DNA of 64,000 nucleotides from Hypanus sabinus (taxonomy: Eukaryota): positions 48,608,001-48,672,000 of the forward strand of contig NC_082709.1 in NCBI RefSeq assembly GCF_030144855.1, in the 5' to 3' direction. A model generated the notes under the pieces. The model saw nothing but the letters and a program-made list of their open reading frames with translations. It had not been told where the DNA came from and ran no database searches. Positions 49,109 to 62,429 of the stretch are shown here, in pieces. The translations under genes were made by a program, and so were the position numbers. The stretch's first letter is position 1. The number at the start of each line of letters is the position of its first letter.

Positions 49109-50806
49109 TTAGAAGTCCCTCATGCACCTGAAGGACCCGATCATTGAGTTGTAGCCGCCCCAGTCACTGTATCTCCTGTATTCCCCGGGTCTCAGGAAGT
49201 ACTGTCGGCCTCTGTAGTTGGGATGTTCATAGAAGATCCAGTAACCGTCCATCACCTGACAGGAGTGGATGTCACGGTAACAGAAGCGATCATAGACAGA
49301 GGGACAATCGTCCATGAATTCCATCATCTGTCCTCCAAAGTCAGGCCTCTCGTAAATCCTCATCCTGTAGTTTCCACCTCGGTACTGGAGTAGGAAACAC
49401 AGAGTTTTAGTCATGATGTTTTACAGAGTATTCACCTGCTATACACGATATCTCAAAACTCATTCACAAACTGGTGACTAACTTCAATGGGAAATAAAGT
49501 CAGATGGAATTTGATCATTCCATTAATTATCTGTCTCAGATATCCCTTTGACCAGCTTTGCTGCTGGTTCCAATAGAAGTTAAAGAAAAAGACTGTAAAA
49601 ATAAATAGGAGGAATTCTGCATTTAGAAGAAAGAACATAAAGCATAGGAAAAGGTCCTTGGGCCCACACTGTTGTGCTCAAACAATTAAATTAGTAAATT
49701 CAAATTTAGTTGGCTATTTGAGTTAAATGGTCAAATAAACTAATCCCTTCTGCCTAAACAATGTCCATCTCCTTCTATCTCTCTTACAATCATGTTCCTA
49801 TTTAGCCATCTATTAAAAGTCCCTGATGTACCTGCCTCTAATAACATCCTACTGCCACCCACCTCTCTCTATGTAAAAAATTCTATCTCACTCTCCTTTG
49901 AACACACACCCTCTCAACTAAAATGTATATTCTTTGGTATGAGATATTTAAACCCTGGGGAAAAGATACTGTCTGTCTTCTACATCTATGCCTCCCATAA
50001 TCTTATAAACCTCTATCAGATCTCACCTCGACCTCCGCTGCTCCAGAGAAAAATAATTCAAGTTGTTCTGCCTCTCAGTACAGCACATGCCCTCTAAACC
50101 AGGCAGCATCCTGAAAAGCCTCCTTTGCACCATCTCCAAACATTCAACATCATTCCTATAATGGTGTGAGCAAAATTACATGTAATATTCCAGAGAGCTA
50201 GAAAAGACATAAAGATCTTGATCAAGGTTCCAACTATCTCATCTCTTGCCTCTCTCAATAACCAGGGATATTGTCCATCAGGCCTTGGAACATATCCACC
50301 TTAATGCTCCTTAAGAAACTCACCACTACCTCCTCCTTCACCTCAAAATACCCTTGCAATTTAAGACATTCAGGCATTTTTGTAACAATTAGGCACTAGC
50401 AAGACAAATTCTCCATTTTCAGAGCCAAGCTAAAAAAAAATCAAACTCCTTGAAAATGTGAAACTTACATATGGGTAACTGCGACAGGACCTGATTGTGT
50501 CATTCAATCCCATCCAGCGCTGGTAGTCAGGATACTCTCCCCTGCTCAGGACATACTGGTATCCCATGTAGTTGGGTTTCTCGTACAACACCCACCAGTC
50601 ATTCTCAACACGGATGGAGTTACAGCGGCTGAAATAAGGGGAGAGGTCGGCACAGTCGGTGCTGCACTCATAGTGCCGACCCTGGAAGTTCCTGTCCTCG
50701 TAGAAGATGATCTGTGGGAAGAAACATATCTGTGTTAATAGTTGCTCAGGTGTTCATGGAGAATTCTCATTTAATTCATTTACTGAGTTGTCCTTGCCTT
50801 TCCCAT
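49109..50806 (-). CDS. cryg: Gamma-crystallin copy 6 (175 aa, intact); exons 50806-50798, 50711-50469, 49384-49109
   Basis: Open frame; introns 86 nt (GC-AG) and 1084 nt; two Arg>Cys changes in exon 3 (RFCY, SFRCM). Confidence 0.94.
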
Positions 50807-50863
50807 TTTGAACACAGTGAGTCTGGTAACCAACTGAATGTTTCACTGCTGAACACAAGCTGG

Positions 50864-50871
50864 TATTTATA
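50864..50871 (-). promoter_or_regulatory. TATA box, copy 6
   Basis: TATAAATA at the paralogous position. Confidence 0.85.
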
Positions 50872-51539
50872 TGCAGGGTCGAAAGGCTTCACTAGGCAGT
50901 TTCCTGTTGTTCTGATGACACAACATTAAACCTCAGCAAAATGCAGCAAAACCCCTTATTCTCATTCATTGGAGAAAAGCAGAAAGACTTTTGTTGTATT
51001 ATGTTGTGCTTGCTTTTCATTTTAATTGTTGTTTAAAAGAAGTAGTTCAGGAACATCCACAGCTGCATATCACCCATGTCCATTCACCTTGGTCAAAATG
51101 GCATTTTGGTTCCCTTTCCCAAAATGCCTAAGTTGAGGACATACCTTACTAAACTGAGAAACATCTTTTGGGAATCCATCTCTACAACTTCTTCCACACA
51201 GCACTCCTCTTCAGCCAAAGGAGTCAATCATGATTTGCTTTCAATAATCTCTGTTTTCTCTCCCTTCATAACCCATTTGATCATCCAAGGGAGAGTTAAT
51301 ATTGCCTTTTGCTCTGGCTCCCTTGCAGTTTCCCTACCTTCAGAATTCATTATACTTGCTCCACTTATCTTGTTGAACAAGTTGCAAAGTCAAAGTTTTC
51401 CACCCTCCTGTCATTGAAGAACTGCACAGATACGATCAGCATTTCAATTACCTCCACATTCTGAATCTCCTCACCATTGTTGTGATATTTCTTTGCTTTT
51501 AATTCCTTTTTCTGATTTGAGAAAAGCCAATCAATCAAT

Positions 51540-54500
51540 AATTGCTTCTGATAGGCTTGTAGTTTATCATTGCAGTCATCGATGAGTATGTCCCCACAAA
51601 ACAATTGAGAATCTTCCCCAACCAGGAGCCCTGGATGAACCATGAGATCCACAGTCTGCTGAGGAACAGATCAGAAGCATTCAACTCTGGTGACCAAGAA
51701 AGTTACAAGAGGTCCAGTTGCAATCTCTGGAAAACCATTTCACGAGTGAACTGGCAATTTGATGTTCAACCTGAATCAATGAAGGATGCTCAACAAAGAT
51801 GGCAGAGATTGAATACTATCACAAAGTGAAATCGGGGAACAGAGCTTCACTTCCAGATGAGCTCAATGTCTTCAATACTCACTTTTACCATCAAAATATG
51901 AAAGAACCATCATGAATTCACTCCGCTCCTAATGATCCTATGATTTCAGTCTTTGAGGTCAACATGAGAGAACCCTCAGGAGGACAAACCCACAGAAACC
52001 ATGTGTCTCAGCTGGGGCACCTGGTCAGATGAAATGGCTGGATGTTCACTGAGATATTTAACCACTCTCTTCAGCAGTCTGCGATGCCCGTTTACTTCAA
52101 GCAGGATTCAATTATGCAGTTGTCTAAGAAGAGCATGGTAACCTGCCTCAATGACCATCATCCAGTAGCACCTACATCGAGAATGGTAAAGTGTTTTGAG
52201 TGATTGATTATGAAACATTCTTGTTACTGCCTGAGAAGTGATTTGGATCTGCTGTAATTTGTCTATCAGAATAACAGTTCCACAGCAGATTCCAGTCCAT
52301 TGGCTTTTTACTCAACCCTGGAACATCTGGCCAGCAAAGATACATACAACAGGATGCTCTTCATTGACAACAGCTCATCATTCAAAACTATCACCCCTCA
52401 AAACTAATCAATAAGTTTCAAGACCTTGGCCTCAAAACCTCATTGAGTCATTGGATACTCAGGTTGCCCTCAGTCAGTTGGTTTGGTGTTCTATGTGCTC
52501 TATTGCACCTTTCTTTATCTTTAATGTCCTGCACTTATCTAGTCCAAAGTACATTTTTACATCTTTCCAAAATTGTTCTACTATTTTAATTAATTGTTTT
52601 AGCTTTACTGATGAAGGAGTGCATAATTTCAAATTGCCCATGTATAGAACGTGTGTCAAGGTGCAATTAACTTGGTTGTTTCAGACTTTATGTCTTATTT
52701 TCATACATTTCAGTAAAGTAGAGAGTGGGTTTAAAGCTAGGCAAAACCATCGTAGGCTTACAGATTTGCCCTGGAAAATACCTCACTTATTTTGATAATG
52801 GTGGTTCTTTTTTTGTTGTTAGTAGATAGGGTATGTGTGTTGCCCTTAAGGCATTTGTTTAGCTTTATTACATTTTTGCTTTAGTAATTTGTTTGTAATT
52901 ATTTTCTAGTTAAAGTTGAGGTTGTTGAAAGTAAATTTGTTGTCTGTGATGTATCGTGGCACGCGATGACGTCATACCTGGTTTTGCCGCGTCTTGTGGG
53001 AAAATACTGGTTTGTAGAAATGGGAAGGCGGGGGCTTGTGTGTGCAGGATCAGCGCAAGAAAAGTTTTCATTCTACGCACTAAGAAGCATCATAGAAGCA
53101 ATGCCATAAGTTTATAAGATAATCGATATGTTGAAATAAAAATGTTACCGCTGATTCTGTTAAAAGTAATGACGGTTGATAAAGTTTATGTTCTTTGTTA
53201 TTGAAAGCGTGCTGGATAGTTTGTGAAGTCTATTTAAAGCCAGTTGATGGCATAGGTAGATTCTGACTGTATGTTGTACTTTAATGTAATATAGTTTGTT
53301 GTAGTTTTACTTTTACATGTATTTATGATGTAAATGCGATGCCAAGAAGGAAACAAACACTGTATATATTTTGTATTGTTTTATCAACAGTTTTTACCAC
53401 ACGTTAATGTGGAAGAGTGAACAGTAAACAGTTAATCTTACTGCGATCGTGCCCTCATTGACTATGGTTTAAATTCAGTGTTTAGTTCAGAGTTCTTACA
53501 CCTGTACGAGAACACTACAGGGTGATTATAGTATATCAATGCTTCAACAGGTGTTGAAGAAATTTCACAAGTATTTGATGTAGTTTACATATTTTAAGAA
53601 CTTCTATTAACTATCAGTGTGGGACAGAATGAAATGCTCTTTGGTATAGCAAAATCAAAAATGCCCATGTTTCTCTTGCTTTGATTTAGAATCCTTTCAA
53701 ATCCTTACAGCATCCTTTCTGCTCTTCAGTAAGTATACAGTGATTACCAAAGTGAGTGGTGATTAGTTGTGGGATGCATACAATTTTGTAAATCATTTGT
53801 AGCCAAGCAATAGGACAATATTTTGATGTTTTTTTTGTGTTTTCTCCTTTAGGTAAGACATAAGTTGTAACTTCTGTCAAACTTTCAGGCATTTTTTCAA
53901 GATTGTTAAGAAACTTGTTGACATGTATTAATAGGAATGAATAAAGGCAAGTAATTTTTTATACTAATAATTATGAATATTATCACTGTCGGTACTTTTC
54001 CAGTTGTGGCTAATTTTTATAACTTCTTTTAGCAGATCCAATGTAACTTTAAGTGTTCCCATGTCTTCATTTGAGTGAGTGTGGCTTGGAGGCAACTTCC
54101 AAATATGAAAGAACCATCATGAAATCCCTCAACTTTTGTTGACCCTGTGATTTCAGTCTTTGACGTCAACATGAGAGAATCCCTTAGGAGAACAAACCCA
54201 CAGAAACCATCAGGCCCAGATGGGGCTTCTGGCCAGATGAACTGGCTGGAGTGTTCACTGAGATATTTAACCATTCGCTTCTGCAGTCTGAGGTATCCAT
54301 CTGCTTCAAGCAGGCTTTAATTGTACTGGTGTCTAAGAAGAACGTGGTAATCTGCCTCAACGACCATCATCCAGAAACACTTACATCTGCAGCAGTGAAG
54401 TGCTTTGAGAATTTAATTATGAAACATTTCAATTGCTGCCAGAGAAGTGACTTGGACCCACTCCAATTTGCCTATTGGCACAACAGGTCCACAACAGATT

Positions 54501-57150
54501 GCAATTTTTGGTACTTCACTCAATCCTGCAACATCTGGACAGCTAAGATGCATACAGCACAGTGCTCTTTATTGAGTGCAGCTCAGCATTCAATCCCATC
54601 ATCTCCTCAAAATTAATCAATAAGCTTCATGGCCTTGCCCTCAATATCTCCTTGTGCAATTGGATCTTCGATTTCTTCACTTGTAGACCCCAGTCAGCTT
54701 GAATTGGCAACAATTTCTCCTCCACAATTTCCAGCATCACCATTGCACCACAAAGCTGTGTGCCTAGCCTCCTGCAATACTCCATTGTGAAGATATGGCT
54801 TGACATCTAAAACGTTGACAAGTTCCTCTAGATATGTGGTGGAGAATATCTTGACTTGCTGAAAGTGGCTTGGTATGGAAACACTGATATCCTTGAATGT
54901 AAAAATACTATAAAAAGTAATGGATGCAGCCCAGTCCATCACAGGTAAAGCTCTTCCCACCAGTGAGCATATATACATGGAGCTTTGTCATAGGAAAGGA
55001 GCATCCATCCTCCAGGACCCCCACCAGCCAAGCCGTGCTCCCTTGTTACTGCTGCTCTCAGGAAGAAGATACAGGTACCTCAGGACTCACACCAGCAGGT
55101 TCAGGAACTGTTATTAACTTTCAAGCACCAGTGGGGATAACGTCACTCAACTCCACTTGGTATATCACTGACCAGCTTCCACAACCTATGGACTCTTCAT
55201 CACATGCTCCCGAAGTATATTGCTTATTTATTAAATATTTTTTCTCAGCTCAAGCTGGTAAAAGCTGAGGCTTGGGCATAGCCAAGCACACTCATTTCTC
55301 AATTGCTAGGAACTTTGGGACTATTTGAGTGGTTTTTTGTATTATGGCTTTCTGAAGCTTTCGTAGATATTATCATCTATCCCTGACTGTTTAATGCAAT
55401 TCTGTAGAGGCTTTGGGAAGATACCAACCGAAGATATTATGAATGGGACATATGCTCATGATCCACAGTCATTCAATTTCCTCTTTCCATTCAGCATATT
55501 TCTGGTGTTTTACATTTATTGATTTCTGCATGTTATATGTGTTTGGAATAGCTATACCCGCCTAGTTAGTTGTTCTAGTTTGTTTATCCTGTATTATTAC
55601 ATCCACACTATTATCCTGGATTGTCCTATCAGTAACAACGTATCGGTCAGAATAAAATCTATTGACTTGTGACGCTAAAACTGGATAAGGCTTGATTTAT
55701 AGTAAGGTAAGTAAGGTATGGTGTCCTTTATGAGTTTGTATTTTAAAGCAAGATTTTGGTGAATTGTGTTTGCCACTTGGTTATGCCTGTGCGAGTAATC
55801 CGATTCAGTTAAAATGCTACAGGATCCTGTAATATGTTGGATTGTTTCTGGTTTCTCTTTGCATTTTCTGCATTTATTGTCTTGATTTTTTTGGTCTTTT
55901 ATTATATATTTTTGATAATTATTTGTGTAATCAGATTGCTCCTTCGATTTCTGGGAAGAGGTTTCCAACACAGAGTCAAGTATTTTATGCTTTCTCGTTG
56001 ACAACTGGTCTGCTCAGATCATGGGGACGTCTTCCATGGAGGGCCATGCTCTTCCATTGGTTAACTTTTTCTTCTGTAGTGATATTTTCTTCATTTATCT
56101 GGGTTCGACATTCATTTAAGTTTAGTTGTGTGTATTTCTTCTCAAAATTGCATATGCTAACATGCATTGCTGAATCTTGTTTTAATTGTTGAAACTATAT
56201 CCTTAAAAGTTTTATCTGACTTTATTGATAAAGGAGTATATCATTTCAAATCGTTCATGTATAAAATGTGTGTCATGGTGTAGTTCGTATGGTTATTTTT
56301 TATTTGGTACCCTATTTTCATCTGATTCAGTAAATTTGACAGCAGATTTAAAGCTAGACAAAACTATAGTGGGCTTACAGAGTCACCCTGGAAAATGCCT
56401 CACTTTATTTTGATAATGGTGGTTGTATTTTTTTTTGTGTTGTTAACAGATGGGGTGATGCCAATGCTTCATCAGATGTTATAGGAATTTAACAAGTATT
56501 GGGTGTAGTTTATATATATTAAGAACTCCTATCAACCTTATGTCTGGGACAGAATCAAATGCTTTTTGGTAGTCAATATAACAACATGAAAGATTTCTGC
56601 TTTTCCTCCAGATTTGATTTAGAATTACAGAACCTATTATCAGTTGTTCTTTGCTTCCTTTCATACCCTTATAGCATCCTTTCTGCCCTTCTTTAAGTAT
56701 ATAGCAGTTATCTACAGTAAGTGAGTGGAAATTAGATGTGGAATACATACAATTTGTGTATAGAATTTGTAAACAAGCAATATTTTGATGGGCCATTTGT
56801 GATTTCTCCTTTAGGTAAGAGATAAGTTTTGACTTCTGTCAAAAATGTGAGCCCTTTTTCAGGACTTTTAAGAAAATTGCTGACATGTATTAATAGGTAT
56901 GGATGAAGGCGAGTTTATTTTTAATCTCAATAATTATGAATATTATCACTGCCAGTATTTTTCAAGTAGTGAAAAATATTTTTAAAACATCTTTTAACAT
57001 ATCCATTTTAACTTCAGGTGTTTGCGTATCTTCAATTGTCTGAGTGTGGCTTGGAGGCAACTTCCAGATGGAGGTGTTTCCATGCTGTTGCTGCCCTTGT
57101 CCGTTTTGCTGATGGAATCTGAGAGTTTGGAAGGTTCTTTCCAAAGAATA
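51540..57150. mobile_element. Rex1(+)/R4(-)/Rex1(+)/R4(-) composite remnant
   Basis: Rex1 ~51540-52470 and ~54100-55245; R4-like ~52470-54099 and ~55246-57150, including the CCHC knuckle KCRKCKEKPETIQHITGSC followed by HRHNQVA, and YIDYQKAFDSVP. Confidence 0.78.
52834..53519. mobile_element. 686-bp solo-LTR-like insertion
   Basis: Ends TGTGTGTT...AACACTACA (near-inverted, TG..CA); flanks gggta/gggtg; empty site gatagggtgattata at ~46511. Confidence 0.75.
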
Positions 57151-59956
57151 TTAGGGTCATGGAGTTATACTCCACAGTGACAGGCCCCTCAGCCCAACTC
57201 AGCCATGTTGAGCAATTTGCTCATCTGTGCAGGTCTTGCTTGCCTGCATTGATGCATATTTGCAATCCATGTACCTGTTTAAATGTCATCTAAACATTGA
57301 AATTTTCCCAACTATTACAAATTCCTCTGGTAGTCTGGTCCATATACCCACCTTGCTCTGTGTGAAAAATGTGCTCCTCAGTACCCCTCTTTCCCCTCAC
57401 ATTCCAAATCTATGTCCTTTAATCTTAGACTCCTTGAACCTCCAACTTGTACGTACTTCTCATGACTTTAAAAACCTGCCTAACACTATCCATCAGTTTC
57501 CTTCCTTCTGGGGAAATCTTAATTCTTAAGGAGTTTACATCTGAGATTATTATTTCAGGCAGTTCTGGGAGATGACACATACACTACAGTTATTTTGCTA
57601 CGACCTTACTGGGTTGTTGATTTGCCTATTTCAGTGAGAAGAAATTTTTCAGCACCTCAACTTTAAGTAAATGCCCTATTATCTTATTGCTATGACAACT
57701 AGTCCGAGGCCCCTAACCTTGGAAACATCTCGATATCAACCCTATCATGTGGTTTAGGATGTTATTTGTTTCAGTAAGGTCATCCTTCACTCTACTCTAA
57801 AGAATATAGAAATGTGTCTTAAATCTGGTAAGATTCTTCTGTCCTTACATTAGCATCCCACAACAAGCGATTAGGAAATCTTCCTAAAGTAAAGGTAGTT
57901 GCTGCTCTTTGCCAAAGCAAAAGCCTTGCTCTAGTATCTAATGCATCCACTTTCAGAATTAAATCCCTTCACAGCAATATGCTTTGATTTAATTCTAAGA
58001 TTACTGAAAACCACCTAAAATATGTGGATTTGATGAGCTTCAATTTCAACTCAAATTGTGCTTCTGTGTTAAACTATGATACACTTTCTGTATCTCTTTC
58101 ATACTGTTCAGTATTAAGTGGTAAGAAGTTATTGATACACTAACAAAGTCTACTCCTGTCCTCTTCTGAGCCAATTCTGCATCTCCTGATATTTCAAAAG
58201 AGTTTCCACTTCTCCTTTTAATATCCCAATGATCTGCCTCTACAACAATCTGGGATAGACAATTCCAGAGGATCATCATCTTCTCCAAGACTTACGTTTC
58301 AGTCTTATTACATTCTTTAGGAACAGTGTTGACTGAGGTTTCAATAATTCAAGCTCATTTCCTTCTTTTTGTTAACTTACTTCAGAAGATTCTGCAGCTT
58401 CAAATCATTCCATATCAAATTCGATTCAAATTCCATCTTTCACAATGCGGACCCACACAGAATCGTAGGTATGTTCACTCTATCCAGCAGATTTCTGTCC
58501 ATGTCTTGTTGTTGATTATACTAGTCTCACTTCGGTCATATTTTGTAAAAGTATAAAGAAAAATTTGCGAAATGTTTTGTAAATATTCTGGTCAAGATGG
58601 CGCCAATGAACAATTCCTCAGGCAACATCATCAAATAGCCAATGGTGTCAATTATTTCACTTTCTCATCATCTTCTGCTTGTTGTTCTTGTCTTGACTGT
58701 GTTACGGAACTGCTGGAGTCCGTGACTGTGGAGGTTGGAATTGGATCAAATGAGCAAGCTCTGTCCTGTGTCCGGAGAGGGCCGAGAGCAGGAACTGCCA
58801 CATCGAGGTCAGAGACAAGGTCCCAAAGAGGACTGAGAGCACAAGCAGCCTTGTGCAAAAGACCAAAGCATGGTCAAGAAAAACTCTAGTTTGAGGTATT
58901 GAGGAAGATTGAGGAGGAGATCAGCGGTCACTCTCAAGAGAGGCCATGAGGCGACGCCAGTCAGTAGCCAGCTTGGCAGTGTTCAGAACCAGCGCTGCAG
59001 GTGCTCTTCACAGAAGGTCTGAGTTTGTATGGCCACTCTCCTCAGGGAAGATGTTTTCAATAGTCTGAGATTTATGCGATTGTTGGACTGTACTTTATGT
59101 TGGTAGCCTTCAGTTTTCAATGATTTCTTTCTTGCTGCCAATTGGCAGGCAACTGTTATGTTACTTTTTGTGCGAGGAGGAGTTGGGCGTTTGTGGACTG
59201 AGTTTTTTGTTGGTGGTTTTCTGAGTGACCAATCTGTTACTGCTCTGTATCTGAGAGAGGGAGTTGGGGGTTTTGATTATATTGTCGCTGATATATTTGA
59301 GAGAGAGGGAATGGGATTTGATGTTACTTTCGTTGATTCTTTTGTGTGGAAGGAGCTTGGGGATTAATGCTATTGTTGCTATTTTTTGCAAGGGCTGGGA
59401 ATGGGGGTAGTTTTCCGTGTGTGGGAGGGTCTTTTTGGGTTTGTGAGTCTTGTTTCTTTTTCTTTTTCATGCTAGGTGGGGATGTCTTTCTTTTCAACTA
59501 TTCATTTGTTTTTCTGTATTTCATGGCTGTCTGGAGAAGTCAAATATCAAATATAAATATAAATATAAATTGAGCCTTTGAACCTATGAAAATGTCTGAT
59601 TTCTGTGCTATTTAACTCCATTTATATTGTTCACGCTTTTATGAAGTCCTTTCACAAAACCATCAGAATCACGGAACTCATAAAGATAGATATTTCTACT
59701 CATTAAATACACTGGAAATAAATTCAAAAATGGAGCTCAAGGCAATGAACGCAATAACACAAGAGGCAATGAACAACTTTCTATTAAGTTTGTATTTTTC
59801 AGCCTCCTATGAATCATCATAATGTTATCTGTTAACTGGAACCAACTGTGGTAAAACAATTTAATGTGGTCCTCAGATTATGATTACTGTCCCAGATTCT
59901 GTCCAGTGGAATGAGGGTAAATAAATTAAATGAGCTGATCATGTCATCAAAGATAT

Positions 59957-59962
59957 TTTATT
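59957..59962 (-). terminator. Poly(A) signal, copy 7
   Basis: AATAAA at the paralogous position. Confidence 0.85.
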
Positions 59963-60012
59963 AGCTCCATAAATATTTCAACCAGATAAAATCAGAATTT
60001 CAAGAACAATAT

Positions 60013-61687
60013 TTAGAAGTCCCTCATGCGCCTGAAGGACCCGATCATTGAGTTGTAGCCGCCCCAGTCGCTGTATCTCCTGTATTCCCCGGGTCTCAGG
60101 AAGTACTGTTGGCCTATGTAATTTGGATGTTCATAGAAGATCCAGTAACCATCCATCACCTGACAGGAGTGGATGTCACGGTAACGGAAACGATCATAGA
60201 CAGAGGGACAGTTATCTATGAATTCCATCATCTGCCCTCCAAAATCAGGTCTCTCGTAAATCCTCATCCTGTAGTTTCCACCTCGGTACTGGAGTAGGAA
60301 ACACAGAGTTTCAGAAATGATGTTTAGTAAATTGTTCCCTTATTATTCACTACTTCTCAACACTAATTCATAGACTGGACATTGACTTCAATGGAAGTTA
60401 AGGTCAGATGCAATTTGATCATTTCACTTATTGTCTGAATCAGTGATGCCTCCAACCAGCATTGCTGCTGGTTCAAATGGGAGTTAAAAGAAAACACAGC
60501 AAATAATGTGAAAAGCTGCATTTTGAACATAGAATATCGGATATCAGAGAGAGAAACAGGCCCTTGGCCCACAATGTTCGGCCCAACCAATTAAATTAGT
60601 ACATTTAAATTTAGTTGGCTCTTTAAATTAAATGGCAAACTAAACTAATCCCTCCTGTCTGATCAATGTCCATGTCCTTCCACCTCCCTTACTTTCATGT
60701 GCCTATCTGAGAGTCTCTCAAAAGCCCCTGATGAACCTGCCACTAGCAGCACACCAGTCAATGCCTTCCAGACACCCAACCCTCTCTGTGTAAAAGACTT
60801 GCCTCCCAAATCTCCTTTGAACTCACACCCTCTCACCTTAAATGCAGGTCCTGTGATAGGAGATATTTTACCCGTGCCTTTCATAAACTTATAAACCTCT
60901 ATCGGATCTCCCTTCAACCTCCAGGGAAAACAACTCAAGTTTGCTAGACCTCCCAATACAACATATGCCCTCTAAACCAGGCAGCATCCTGATAAGCTTC
61001 TGCTGCACCTTCTAAGTCTAAAGTCTAAACATTCATGTAATGGGGTGATCAAAATTATATGCAATGCACTGGACGGCAAGAAAAGGCATGAAGATGTTGG
61101 ACAGTGCGCCAGGAATCTCATCTCTTGTCTCTCACAATAAGCTGGGGTATATTCCATCTGAACTTGGGGCTTATCTACCCTAACGCTCAATGAGACCCAA
61201 CACGACCTCCTGCTTAACCTCGAAACACCTGAGCATATTTATACACTTAGACATATTTAACACTAATTAGGCACTTGCTAGGCAAATTTTCCATTTTCAG
61301 AGCCAATCTGCAAAAGATCAAATCGCCTGAGAAAAATATTGCAACTTACGTATGGGTAACTGCGACAGGACCTGATTGTGTCATTGAATCCCATCCAGCG
61401 CTGGTAGTCAGGATACTCTCCCCTGCTCAGGACATACTGGTATCCCATGTAGTTGGGTCTCTCGTACAACACCCACCAGTCACTCTCAACACGGATGGAG
61501 TTACAGCGGCTGAAGTAAGGGGAGAGGTCGCCACAGTCGGAGCTGCACTCATAGTGCCGACCCTGGAAGTTCCTGTCCTCGTAGAAGATGATCTGTGGGA
61601 AGAAACATATCTGTGTTAATAGTTGCTCAGGTGTTCATGGAGAATTCTCATTTAGTTCATTTACTGAGTAGCCCTTGCCTTTCCCAT
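60013..61687 (-). CDS. cryg: Gamma-crystallin copy 7 (175 aa, intact); exons 61687-61679, 61592-61350, 60288-60013
   Basis: Open frame; introns 86 nt (GC-AG) and 1061 nt; motif 4 reads PNYIGQQY instead of PNYRGRQY. Confidence 0.94.
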
Positions 61688-61744
61688 TTTGAACACAGTG
61701 AGTCTGGTAACCAGCTGAGTGTTTCACTGCCGAACACAAGTTGG

Positions 61745-61752
61745 TATTTATA
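61745..61752 (-). promoter_or_regulatory. TATA box, copy 7
   Basis: TATAAATA at the paralogous position. Confidence 0.85.
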
Positions 61753-62429
61753 TGCAGGGTCGAAAGGCCTCACTAGGCAGTTTCTTGTTATTCTGCTGAC
61801 ACAACATTAAACATCAGCAAAATGGAACAAAATCCTTTTTTTCATTTATTGTAGAAAAACAACAAAGACATTCTGGATTCTTACAGTTGTGCTTTCTTAT
61901 CATTTTAATTGTTGTATAAACCAAACAGTTCAGGAACATTCACAGCTACATATCACCCAGGTCCATTCACCTAGGTCAAAGTAGCAGTTTGGTTCTCTTT
62001 CTCAAGCTGCCTAAATTTTGAAGGCATATCTTATTAAAATGACAAATAACTTTTGAAAATCCATCTATACAGCTTCTCTAGCACAACACTGGTCAGCTAC
62101 CCCTTCAGCCAGATGAGTCAAAAATGATTTCTCTTCAATAATATCTGCTGCCTCTCCCTCCATAACCCCCTTGATCCTCCAAGTGAGAGTTAATGTTGCC
62201 TTTTGCAGTGGTTCCCTGTAGTTTTCCCACCTCTGACGTTCATTATGTTTGCTCCACTTCTCTTGTTGAACACGTTGAACAGTCCAAGCCTTCCACTCTC
62301 CTGTCACTGAAGAACTATACACATACACTCAGCATTTCAATTACCTGCTCATTCTGGATTTCCTCTCCATCCTTGTGATATCCCATACCTTTAAATTCTT
62401 TCTTTTTATGTGAGAAAGGCCAATAATAA

